A stretch of 64,000 bases of DNA, from assembly GCA_965237675.1 (NCBI GenBank), contig OZ250150.1, forward strand, positions 4,704,001 to 4,768,000. The letters run 5' to 3'. Under the pieces are notes generated by a model. The model saw nothing but the letters and a program-made list of their open reading frames with translations. It had not been told where the DNA came from and made no database searches. Shown here piece after piece: positions 41,085-51,079 of this stretch (the first letter of the stretch is position 1; every line of letters begins with the position of its first letter). This stretch comes from Candidatus Latescibacterota bacterium (GTDB taxonomy: Bacteria; Latescibacterota; UBA2968; GCA-2709665). Made by a program: the position numbers and the translations under genes.

Positions 41085-42550
41085 ATGCAGTCAAGTTTTG
41101 ACCTTTTCAGAGCTGCCTCCGAAGGTGACCCGACGAAGCGGCATGCCGCGTTTGAGTGTCTGGTACGTCAGTTTCAAGACCTGGCATACGGATGCGCGTA
41201 CGGGATTTGGGTAATTTTCATCTCGCTCAGGACGCTTCACAGGATGCGTTCCTTACCGCGTACACCGAGCTCGGAAAACTGGAAGCTCCCGAGGCGTTTC
41301 CCGGATGGTTTAAACGAACTGTGATACGGAAGGCACTCCGCCTTAGCCAGACTCGCCGTTTCGTGTTCGAGCCGATTGAGGTAGCATTGAGCGTTTCCAC
41401 AGACGGTCCGGACCAGATGGAACAGATAGAGACTCAGGAAACGCAGTCGTTGGTTCACGCGGCTATCGAGGCTCTCCCTGAGCACGAGCGGAGTGTCACG
41501 GTACTGTTCTAATTGACTGAATACTCTCAAAAGAAGATCGCCGAATTCTTGGACCTGTCGCTGCCAACGGTGAAGTAACGGCTACAGAGGTCCCGGAAGC
41601 GGCTTGAGGAAAGGATAATAAGGATGGTGGATGATACGCTTGAGGGCCATCGGCCTTCCAGAGACGATAGATTCGCCAACGAGGTGGTGGAGATAATTCG
41701 GGCGACAGAAGCGGGCGATCTTTCCAAACTCGCAGCTCTCCTGGCCCGCAACCCAGGTCTAGTCGATTCTAATGCACCTCTGTCAGACTCGTATCCCGTA
41801 CAGGCAAGGGGCTGGAAACCTTTGCATATAGCAGCTTGGCACGGTCATACAAAGGCCGTTGAGTTTCTCCTTGAACAAGGAGCGAAAATTGACGCTCCGT
41901 GCGGATCGAACCGGACACCGCTCCATTACGCAATCGAAGCGGGAAGTCAGGAAACCCGGCAACTACTGTTAGATAAGGGGGCAGATGTCGACATTACGAT
42001 TGCGTCCATACTAGGTATGACGGACCGAGTGAAGGACTTGCTTGCAAAAGATCCCAAACTGGCGAATGACAGTTCCAAGGGGCATACTCCGTTGGAGTGG
42101 GCTGCTTGGGGCGGGAGAGTTGATGTAGCCCGGATTCTGTTGGAACACGGAGCCAAGATTCGAGGAGAGGCCATATTCATCCCAGCGGCCAACGGAAGTG
42201 TGACGTTCCTCCGCTTTCTATTGGATCATGGCGCAGACCCCAATGCCCGATCCGGAGGTCGAAATGACGCTCCTCAGTTTGACCATACCGTGCTCCACGC
42301 GGCTGTCAGGATGCCATTCACCAGCGACAACACAGGAGTGATAGAGCTACTGATAGAGCGCGGTGCGGACGTGAATGCGTTGGACGAAGCGGGTAGGACG
42401 CCTTTGGATCGCGCGCTCGAGAAGGGGGCCGATGGGCCGTATACCGCAAATCCCCATGAAACATCGAATGAGCAGAAGGAATACGACAAGATCATCGCTC
42501 TGTTTGGTAAACACGGAGGGAAGACAAGCGAAGAGCCTCTATCGGCTTAG
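41085..42550 (+). pseudogene. ECF sigma-70 factor fused to ankyrin repeats; sigma part disrupted (ankyrin ORF 41624-42550 intact)
   Basis: AQDASQDAFL, FPGWF, IAEFL...TVK motifs; frameshift near 41205 and stops at 41510 and 41576; TPLH ankyrin repeats. Confidence 0.85.
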
Positions 42551-42575
42551 TCAGAAGAGAATGCAATCGAAAACT

Positions 42576-42603
42576 GGCGGTCCCAGTGCGGGGCCGCCTT
42601 TTT
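42576..42603 (+). terminator. Rho-independent terminator
   Basis: GGCGGTCCC-AGTGC-GGGGCCGCC-TTTTT after the ankyrin gene. Confidence 0.7.
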
Positions 42604-42618
42604 ACTGTCGCAAATTGC

Positions 42619-42701
42619 AGCTAACGTCTCCGCCGTGCCCGAACCACGAAAGCGGTTGCGCGAAGGGCGTAAGCCCGAAGCCGGGCACGGACGTGTTAGG
42701 C
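42619..42701 (-). other. attC-like site
   Basis: AGCTAAC-7nt-CCGTGCCCG...CGGGCACGG-4nt-GTTAGGC. Confidence 0.9.
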
Positions 42702-42790
42702 GGCGTTGCTGTTTTATATCTCAGCCCAGGAATACCCAATCTTGCCGGCTGAGAGGTACTATTCCCCAAGCTGCGAGAAGTTCGCGTCCC

Positions 42791-43603
42791 TCATGTTCGA
42801 TACTCCAAAAGCAGCTTCTCACACGATGCATCCTTCTCTGCGTTACGTTGTTTACGCGCAACGCCCCAGAAGTGCTTTACCATCTTGGAGGAAAGAATAA
42901 AGTGCAGCCCATGCGTCTTCATGACTTGGGTCGCCAGTCCCATCGTGTCGTACACTTCTCCTCCTCCGCTTTCCTCAAAGTCGACACAAGAGAACCCAAT
43001 CTCACGAGCCGTCAGCAAGAAAGCTTCTGTGTTCATGATTAGACAGCACGATGGGTGCATACGGTCACCCAGGACGGCGGGCATGGGAAGGTGCTCAAGA
43101 GCTTTCCCTGGCTGGACGTCTTCAATATCGTCCTCCATCATGATATTGATGAACTTTTCCGCCCCACCCTCGTCAAGGGAGCCCCACGGCACCTCAGTTT
43201 CCCCGTCTTCTGTGAATCTGGCCTGAATAGCCCAGACATCATCTCCCGCCTCAGCTAACTCGCTTGCCATCGTTGTCACAGTCTCATCCTGGACAAAAAC
43301 AATATCGGCGTCCAAAAAGAGAAAATAATCACAGTCCTGATGCGCAAGAACAAAGTCACGGAGATTCTCACCGTGATTGTTGCCAGGCGTGTTGCGGTCC
43401 CACTTTGTTTGCACGATTGGGATCACCTTGTCCTCAGCGAGAGACGTCCAATGCTGCATCTCATCGGTTGAATTGTTGTCCAGAATCGTCAGGCGGATCC
43501 CATCAAGAGCACTGTGTGTCGCGTACAGCGATCTCAGCAAAAGCTCAACAAAACAAGATGTGTCTTGGTTGATCGTGACTGCCTCGATGTGGTGTGTAGG
43601 CAT
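42791..43603 (-). CDS. GT-A (family 2-like) glycosyltransferase
   Basis: ILDNNSTD; FLFLDADI. Confidence 0.75.
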   Translation of the reverse strand: MPTHHIEAVTINQDTSCFVELLLRSLYATHSALDGIRLTILDNNSTDEMQHWTSLAEDKVIPIVQTKWDRNTPGNNHGENLRDFVLAHQDCDYFLFLDADIVFVQDETVTTMASELAEAGDDVWAIQARFTEDGETEVPWGSLDEGGAEKFINIMMEDDIEDVQPGKALEHLPMPAVLGDRMHPSCCLIMNTEAFLLTAREIGFSCVDFEESGGGEVYDTMGLATQVMKTHGLHFILSSKMVKHFWGVARKQRNAEKDASCEKLLLEYRT

Positions 43604-43633
43604 CTGATGTCTCCGGAGACGGGTTGCAATGCC

Positions 43634-43723
43634 GCCTAACGTTTCCGCTGTGTGCGAACCTGCCGCAGGCAGGTTGGGTCGGAGGGAGCGTAGCGACCGC
43701 AGCCGCACACGGACGTGTTAGCC
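43634..43723 (-). other. attC-like site
   Basis: GCCTAAC...TGTGTGCG...CGCACAC...GTTAGCC. Confidence 0.9.
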
Positions 43724-43882
43724 GGTTGTGCCGTTTTAGGGTATCGGTAAAGCCATAACGGGGCCGACATAACCTTCTTTTGTCTTTCTTGATTTTGACC
43801 TCCAAAAACTTCCAAGATAAAATAAATCGGCGGTATTAAGTCAAACCGCCGAGGTGGAGAGTTGCTTTTTCTTCTCAATGAG

Positions 43883-44152
43883 CTACAGAAAAAAGAAACT
43901 TCCCACACAGGCCGTAACTTTGACAATACTGTAGAGAAATTCAGGTGCGAAGTCGGCTTCATTCTTCCACATTATCGTATGTAGGTCAGGGTGAACTCGG
44001 AATTTCTTGAATTCCTCTTTATCCTTCAACGACTCAAAAACGGGACCCCATAGTTCATCTTTCAACTCTACCTCTCCCTCCACACCATCACTGAATTTGA
44101 GCCAGATCACATAGTCGCCTACATAGTGAGCTTCAATAACACGGGGTATCAT
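43883..44152 (-). CDS. DUF2442 protein (stop mutated, 8 aa longer than copy 2)
   Basis: GPVFE.L...W.NEADFAPE. Confidence 0.85.
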   Translation of the reverse strand: MIPRVIEAHYVGDYVIWLKFSDGVEGEVELKDELWGPVFESLKDKEEFKKFRVHPDLHTIMWKNEADFAPEFLYSIVKVTACVGSFFFL

Positions 44153-44156
44153 CTTC

Positions 44157-44414
44157 TCACTCCAAGGGTGCAATTTTATTCAACGGACGACGCTGGTCTG
44201 CGCGTTCCCAATTCTCCATCAGTTCTCTTTGGTGCAGATCATACCATTCCAGAACATGCCTCAGAGCCCGTCTAGGAAATTGGCCTGTCACAACGCCTGT
44301 CTCAATATCGACCGTGATGTCATATTCACCGTATGTGGCGTGAAAATGGGGTGGTCCGTGCTCACGATAAAACATACCAATCACGATCCCAAGAAAACGA
44401 CTAATCTCCGGCAT
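44157..44414 (-). CDS. DUF4160 protein (putative toxin)
   Basis: MPEISRFLGI...EHGPPHFHA...EL.ENW. Confidence 0.9.
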   Translation of the reverse strand: MPEISRFLGIVIGMFYREHGPPHFHATYGEYDITVDIETGVVTGQFPRRALRHVLEWYDLHQRELMENWERADQRRPLNKIAPLE

Positions 44415-44536
44415 AATTATATTTTACAATAATTTATAGGAAAATGCAACTACTTAATGACTTGCGCTTCAGGGTAGGGCTGGGGTTGTTTTTTGCCCCC
44501 TTTTCGATAAGGAATCAGACAAAAAAACGGCATGGC

Positions 44537-44679
44537 GGCTAACGGTCAAGCACCCACGAACCTGCCAAGCTGGCGCGGCGCTTGCCCCTCGCGATTTTCT
44601 TCAAGCAAGCGCCGTGACAGCGACAGGCAGGTTGCGCGGAGGCGCGGACGCGCCGAAGCCGGGGGTGCCGTTGTTATGC
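44537..44679 (-). other. attC-like site (long)
   Basis: GGCTAAC...GCACCC...GGGTGC...GTTATGC. Confidence 0.85.
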
Positions 44680-44801
44680 GAATCTGGCGCGGTCCCTTTC
44701 TGGCGAAGCCCTCATAGGGCCAGCGTAGAGCGGGCAACGATATCAGGTTTGTTGTGGCTGTTCCCCGAATCAGAATCAGCTGCGAAATGGTTCCGAAGTC
44801 T

Positions 44802-45254
44802 CTATCCCTCTCCAGAGTAGCCCAAAATACGCCTGAGGCGTTGCAACAAGGGTAATGTGATAGGATCCTTCAGCGCCAATGAATCCCAGGTGGTAGGTGT
44901 TCGCAGATCGAACCACCCAGTCTCTGCAATAGTGGTATGATCTGCGGTGTCGACTTCAGGTTCAATTCCTGGCTGAGGTTCTCCGGAAACAACTCGACAC
45001 CTATACGTTTTCTGCCACTCATATATCGTGTCATAAACAGGCGCCTGCTCGTCAAGGATCATCGAATCTACTTCGACACAAAGGTGCGTCTCTTCGAGCA
45101 CTTCACGCCGAATACACTCTTCCTCCGTTTCGTTCGGCTCTCGGGCTCCACCCGGGATCACCCAGAAGGTTTCTCCGGTGCCTCGATCGTTGACTTTCAG
45201 CAAAAGTAGACGATCGTCTGCAACTATTGCCGCCTGATAGCGAATGGCAGGCAT
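44802..45254 (-). CDS. NUDIX hydrolase
   Basis: PGGAREPNETEEECIRREVLEET. Confidence 0.9.
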   Translation of the reverse strand: MPAIRYQAAIVADDRLLLLKVNDRGTGETFWVIPGGAREPNETEEECIRREVLEETHLCVEVDSMILDEQAPVYDTIYEWQKTYRCRVVSGEPQPGIEPEVDTADHTTIAETGWFDLRTPTTWDSLALKDPITLPLLQRLRRILGYSGEG

Positions 45255-45390
45255 CCTTGGTCCTCTCCTGGAGACAGAGTAAAGTGCATAAGAGGTTTCA
45301 CGTGACTTTCAGCGCAAGGGTGGTCTGGGTTTGATCTTGCCCGCCTTGACAAGGGGTGGGTGGATGCGGTTCCTGCTCTGCGCCAGTTTC

Positions 45391-45466
45391 GCATAACGTG
45401 CTTGATGTGCGAAGCCGCCGCAGGCGGTTTGGGCGAACGTAGTGAGCCGCACATCTTTTGTTAACG
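45391..45466 (-). other. attC-like site
   Basis: GCATAAC...GATGTGCG...CGCACATC...GTTAACG. Confidence 0.85.
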
Positions 45467-45564
45467 GGCGTGCGGCACGGTGGTTGGGTGGGGTTGCAGG
45501 ATGCAAGCTTGGGATGTCTTTGTCTTCAGAAAATCTACTCGATTCTCAGAACTACACACGTCAT

Positions 45565-45724
45565 GTCATCCGCCTGTGGCGGCAAGATGAAGATCATTGC
45601 CGCACTGGCCGAGCCCCTGGCCATTCGCACCTACCTCGACGGGGTCGGCCTGGCCTCACGCGCGCCGCCCATCGCGCCTCCACGCCCCCCCCTCCCTCAG
45701 ACCGAATTCGATGACGCCTCCTGA
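45565..45724 (+). pseudogene. C-terminal remnant of an IS91-like rolling-circle transposase
   Basis: ACGGKMKIIAAL.EP.AIR.YL..VGL...APPIAPPRPP matches the typical tail. Confidence 0.6.
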
Positions 45725-46086
45725 CCCCGCCACCCCGAGCCTCAACACCTTGAACGGGTCCAGGGACGCTGTGTCTCCACCGGTCGTGAAGGGCAGCTCG
45801 ATCACACGAGCAAAGGGGCGGCCACCGACTTTTCGAACAAGACGGGCCGCGGTTTCCAAGCCAACAACGTGTTGAGTCCCGCGCCACGATATTCTTCCAC
45901 GTCGTACAACGCTCCATTTTGCGTCAGCCCGCTAATCCAAAACGGATGCGAACGAACCCAGCTTTTGCCGCGGCCGATCTTCGGTTGCTCGGCAAGGCAA
46001 CAATCCGGCGCGATCAGCGCGATTATGGCCAACGCTAGAAGAGAAATTTGGTGGGTTGATGGAACTCTCATGTTCGGGACTTCCAT

Positions 46087-47646
46087 TTACTTTTTGTGAA
46101 TTCGTCCAACCGGAAGCAGTTCCACACCATCATCGATGACATACTTATCACCCTCGATTTCTGCGTCGCCGTTTTTTGTGATACGACCGACTGCGAACCT
46201 GAAGCTGAAAAGGTCCGCGTGTTTGAATTGGAACTGTAGGCGCGCGGGCTTTCCGGCGTAATCCCCGGGAGTGAGTCCGGACTGCCACGTGACCGGGTGG
46301 TCGATTTCGTCACCCCGCAGTGGCTTGCAGTCGTTCAGCGTTAGGCCCTTCAAGGGCTGGCCGTTTGCATCCTGGATTTCGACCCGGATTTCCCCGGCAG
46401 GTCGGGGCCAGGCGATGTAGTTGAGCTCCAGTTGGCTGCCGTTGAGCACAAACGGTTTTGTCACGATCGTTCCGCCGTCCGGACCGAATCGGACGGAAAC
46501 GAATCCGTCGACACGGAACGTAAAACGCCTGAGCCGCGTCCTCGGCACGAATGACTTCCTCTTCCACTCCGGGTCCTCATATCCGTACCCTTCGGTGGCG
46601 TAGACGAAGTACTCGCGCTCATTGCCACGAACCAGACCGTGGGCCATGAAGTTGGCGCGGTTGCCATCGCGTTGCTGGGGCGCACTGCCGGGAATCAATG
46701 GTTCGCGGCGTCGCAGGAACGAGTGCCCGCCGTCGCGGCTGGTCATCAGGATGGGATGGACCTGGGCGACGGCAAACCGGTCCGTGTATTCGGTGGGAAA
46801 GGCGATCAGAATGTGTGGCGCGCGTTCATACGGAAGGACGCCGTTGGTGTACATCTCCCGGTCGACCTTGTCCGAATACTTCAGCGGGACGGGTTCCGTC
46901 CAGTTCACAAAATCGTCCGACACGGCCATGTGCACATTGCGCATATAACCTTTTAGCAGATCCCGCACGAATGCGACGTAGCGGCCGCGAACCGGATCCC
47001 AGAACGCCAGGTTCTGCGAATCGAATCGCCCCTTCGTAATCACGGGCTTTTCGGTCATCAACGTCCAGTGAAGTCCGTCCGGCGACTTGAAGGGATACAT
47101 GCCGTAATCGGTGTATTTTCCCGGAATCTGGTGCGCGCCGCGAGCCCCGCGGACCAGTGCCTTGTACCGAGCGTCGGGTTTTACAGTTGGGCTGGTGTCG
47201 ATGAACGGGACCATGTCGCCGCGCCATCCTAGGCCCGTGTGGGTTCCCAGTTTGCCTTGCCATTTGTCGGTGGGAAGGTACTTTCTGCCATCCCCACCGA
47301 GGACGATGTTGTTGTCCGAGGATCCTCTGAATTTGAATAGACCAAGGTTTGGCTTCGTCCACCGGATGCCGTCGCGGCTTTCCGCGTAACACATCGGTTC
47401 GCCTCGGGCGTCTTCGCCGCTGCCGTGATGATAGCCGCGGCAGTACATGCGAAACAGATCTCCGTCCTTGAGTACCGAGACGTAGCCCAAAGAAGTGTCT
47501 TCCCAGGGCTTGTCGTTCATCAGCACGACCTCTTTGCCCAACGGCTCGTGCAGATGTTGCGCCGCGTCGCCCTCGAAGCGTTCCACAAGCCAGTCATCAA
47601 CGAACAATTCGAGCCGCAGCGGCGATGATGGATTGATGTCTGTCAT
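46087..47646 (-). CDS. Glycoside-hydrolase-like beta-propeller protein
   Basis: Asp boxes SRDGIRW, SPDGLHW, SDDFVNW; FDSQN; R.DGFVS; related to 34026-35483. Confidence 0.7.
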   Translation of the reverse strand: MTDINPSSPLRLELFVDDWLVERFEGDAAQHLHEPLGKEVVLMNDKPWEDTSLGYVSVLKDGDLFRMYCRGYHHGSGEDARGEPMCYAESRDGIRWTKPNLGLFKFRGSSDNNIVLGGDGRKYLPTDKWQGKLGTHTGLGWRGDMVPFIDTSPTVKPDARYKALVRGARGAHQIPGKYTDYGMYPFKSPDGLHWTLMTEKPVITKGRFDSQNLAFWDPVRGRYVAFVRDLLKGYMRNVHMAVSDDFVNWTEPVPLKYSDKVDREMYTNGVLPYERAPHILIAFPTEYTDRFAVAQVHPILMTSRDGGHSFLRRREPLIPGSAPQQRDGNRANFMAHGLVRGNEREYFVYATEGYGYEDPEWKRKSFVPRTRLRRFTFRVDGFVSVRFGPDGGTIVTKPFVLNGSQLELNYIAWPRPAGEIRVEIQDANGQPLKGLTLNDCKPLRGDEIDHPVTWQSGLTPGDYAGKPARLQFQFKHADLFSFRFAVGRITKNGDAEIEGDKYVIDDGVELLPVGRIHKK

Positions 47647-47733
47647 CGGTTTACACCTCAGGTGAAATGCTGGATCGACGTGTATCAGCGATTCTTTGCT
47701 TTTGGCGGCCAGGGATGGCCGCTCTGTCTTTGT

Positions 47734-48964
47734 GCCGCTTTCGGTTAACGGTTCTTGGCTTTACGACGTGGGCCAGTCCCAAAGGCCCATGTGCCCGCAG
47801 GGCCGAGGGGCGGATGCCCCGAAGCGTAAAGCCGGTGTTAGCCGTCGTTATTAATTCGTATCCGTTCATTGTCGGGGCCTTATGTATCAAAATGTAGCCG
47901 CTAACTCATTCAGACAGACTTCTCATTCACCAAAAAACGGGTACGGCTCGCCGGCTTCCACCAGCCTTTGTACCAGACTCGAGTACTTCAACACCTCCGT
48001 CAGCCGGGTGCGCCAATGCGGGGCGTAGAAGCCGACGAATTCCTGGAAGAACGCTCGCGCATCCTCACTGACGCCATCGAAGTATTGCGGCAGCAAAAAC
48101 CATGGCTGGTCACTGGCGTAGTTCAGCCCCCGCTGGCGCATCGTGAACTCTGCGGCGGCCCGTTTTTTTACCGAGATCATCAACGAGCGCCTGAGCTTGT
48201 CGGTGTGATAGCGGCCCCGATGAATGCACAACTGGGTAAACAGCACCGCGTCACCGGGTTCCTGGTGGAGACGAACGGCGCCAGGCATATCGTTCGAGCG
48301 GTTGTGGATCCCATCATCGGCGACGCAGATCGCGTGCTCTTCGGGGGAGTAGTCACGCAGGTGAGACCCCGGCACCACTTCGAGATCGTCGGTAGGGACC
48401 AATGCGATTTGCATCTGCAACCCGGCTCCGGTCTCCGGTCTCCGGGATACGTCTGCTTCTGCACCGATCTTGTCCTTGTGCCAAAATCCGTCCTGGCTTT
48501 CTCCGGTCGGATTACAGTAGAGACTGCTCAAGGCGAAGAGGAATTCTTCATCCAAGGCTGCGCTCAGCGATTCGACAACTTGGGGCGACCCCATGGCATT
48601 GAGCAGAAAGGCGAGATCGTCGGGGTGATCGCGGTGATATTCCGGGTCGTTCAGGTGCCTCATGTAATTGGCCTGGGGCCCCACCGGTGGATTGTCACAG
48701 CGAGGAGCGCGCCGCCACTGTTCCAGCACTCGCTCACAGATCTCGCGCAGCCGTTTTGTCGTCGCTGCGTCGAACAAACCGCGCACCACGGCGTAAGAGT
48801 GTTGGCGTAGCTGCCCAGGGCAGGGTTCAGTAGCAATACTCATTATATCCTCTTGTGTTGCTGTAAGAATTGCGTCGCAATTGGACTGTAAAAGTGCGGA
48901 CAGGCTGTCTCGTGCTGTCTAACTACGTATGGAAATCAATGCTCTATTAATTGCGGCTAACGTT
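47734..48964. repeat. Duplicate of the cassette at 20212-21442 (attC-like site + PhyH gene)
   Basis: Near identity, offset 27522. Confidence 0.95.
47923..48843 (-). CDS. PhyH-family dioxygenase, copy 2
   Basis: Protein identical to 20401-21321. Confidence 0.85.
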   Translation of the reverse strand: MSIATEPCPGQLRQHSYAVVRGLFDAATTKRLREICERVLEQWRRAPRCDNPPVGPQANYMRHLNDPEYHRDHPDDLAFLLNAMGSPQVVESLSAALDEEFLFALSSLYCNPTGESQDGFWHKDKIGAEADVSRRPETGAGLQMQIALVPTDDLEVVPGSHLRDYSPEEHAICVADDGIHNRSNDMPGAVRLHQEPGDAVLFTQLCIHRGRYHTDKLRRSLMISVKKRAAAEFTMRQRGLNYASDQPWFLLPQYFDGVSEDARAFFQEFVGFYAPHWRTRLTEVLKYSSLVQRLVEAGEPYPFFGE

Positions 48965-49065
48965 CGTTCTGGCCACTTGCGAACCCGCCGAAGCGTCAGC
49001 GTAGGCGGGTTGCCGTCAGGCCGAAGGGAGCGTAAGCGACCGAAGCGCAAGTGGACCTGTTAGCA
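48955..49065 (-). other. attC-like site
   Basis: GGCTAAC...CCACTTGCG...CGCAAGTGG-ACCT-GTTAGCA. Confidence 0.85.
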
Positions 49066-49155
49066 GCCGGTGCTTCGGTTCTTTGCCTCAAAAAGCCTTT
49101 CCATCACTTCCAAGCATCCACTCCAATTATCCCTGAATCTTTCGTGGACTTCTAG

Positions 49156-50843
49156 CCTGAATAATTCACAAAAAAGGTAGTTTCCATACCCAAGTCATTG
49201 TATTATATTATGGTTACGCAAATAACCTAATAACAATGAAACAGGAGGAAACTACCGTGGGAGTTCAAGATAAACATCACAGGTTGTCTTTCGCAAGTCT
49301 TTCTGGTAGGCAGGTAGAAGCCACGTTCGACGGGGGCGTGCTGACGACCGACGTCGGGGTGATGCTGCTTCGTGAGGTCGAGGCCAATGTCGGCATTTTG
49401 CATCGGATGGTTGCGGCGCTCACCGATCATCGACATCAAAGTTACGTACATCATTCGATGATGGACCTGATCAAACAACGTGTCTTTCAGATGGCCTGTG
49501 GGTATGAGGATGCGAATGATTGCAAGACGTTACGCGAGGACCCCGGCTTCAAGGCGGCCTGTGATCGGTTGCCGTTGTCTGGCGCGGACCTGGCCAGTCA
49601 GCCCACGATGAGTCGGTTCGAGAACCGCATCAGCAGAACCGATTTGTATCGGATCGCCAAGGCCTTTGCGGATGTGTTTGTCGCCTCGTATGAGGAACCG
49701 CCGGAAGCCATTCTGTTGGACATCGATGACACCGAAGACAAGGTGCATGGGTCTCAACAGTTGTCGTTGTTCAATGCGTATTTCAATGGCTATTGCTACC
49801 AGCCCCTGCATATCTATGAAGGCCAAACCGGCAAGTTGATCACGACGGTCTTGCGTCCTGGCAGGCGGCCTGCGGGTAAAGAGATCGTCACCATCCTCAA
49901 ACGGGTGATCGCCTACCTGCGTAAAGCCTGGCCCGACGTGGAGATCCTGTTACGTGGCGATGCGCATTTTTCGTGTCCGGAAGTGCACGTGTTGTGTGAG
50001 GAAGAAGATGTGTATTTTGTCCTCGGACAGAACGGCAACGCCAAACTCCTGCGGAAGGCACAGTCCTTGATAGACCAGGCCAAAACGCGGTATGCCGATT
50101 CCGGAGAAACCGTGCGCCTTTATCGCTGTTGGGCCTATCAGGCCGGCACCTGGGCGTGTCCACAACGCATCGTCTGCAAGGCGGAAGTGACACCGCAAGG
50201 TGTCAATATCCGATTCGTGGTCACCAACCTGAAGCGCGCCCAACCGTCATTCATCTACAAAACCGCCTATTGCACACGCGGCAGGATGGAAAACTTCATC
50301 AAAAATCACAAGACCTTTCTCCATTCCGATCGCACCTCTTGTCACACCTTCCAGGCCAATCACTTCCGTCTCTTTCTCCACAGCGCCGCCTATGTCCTGA
50401 TGCACAGCCTGGCTGCAATCGGATTGCGCGGCACGAAGTGGACCAACGCACAGTTCAATACCCTGCAAAATCGTCTCTTGAAAGTCGCCGGGCGCGTTTG
50501 TGAGTTGAAAACTAAAATCAAGTTCCATCTGCCAACGGCGTTTCCACTCAAACACCTTTATGGCAAGATCCTCTATAATCTGGCAACGGGTGTTCCATAA
50601 CCCATCGACGTGCTGACCCCGCCTTCACATTTGCATCGACCACCACCAAAGGTCATGGAGAAGTCTGTGCGCTTGACACGGGCATCGAGGTCAACCTGAC
50701 GTCACGAGGCAAAGCAGGCGCCGCCCAAACGGCTTGAACACGCCAAATCCGTCACAGCCCATGCGCTTTCGTTTCTTGTCTCACTCGGAAGCTCTTTCTG
50801 CTTCCTTAAAATGCTCTATCTGACGATTCATGAATTAATCGGG
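49156..50843 (+). mobile_element. IS1380-family element, copy 3 (transposase 49236-50600)
   Basis: Same IRs; TSD CTAG; protein identical to copy 1. Confidence 0.92.
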
Positions 50844-51079
50844 CTAGGATCCAAAGACCTTCGTAGTCTTTCAGATGAGGTATCGCGTCGGAATAGGGGA
50901 CCCTCCCCCATCCAGGTGGCAGATGGAGGTCGGTCTCACCATATCATGATTCGAACTGGGAAGACATTCGACTGCCCCTCTACTCCAAGATTCGACCTCT
51001 GTGGCTCTGTGGTGAGGCCTTACGATCCCGCTTCCGGGAAGGACGTTGGGATAACAGCCTGGCAAGGTCGATGATTCAA

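Noticed and set aside
851-49065. CRISPR array interpretation of the recurring palindromes
   Set aside because: The repeats are divergent, 50-160 bp long and separated by whole genes; no cas genes are present
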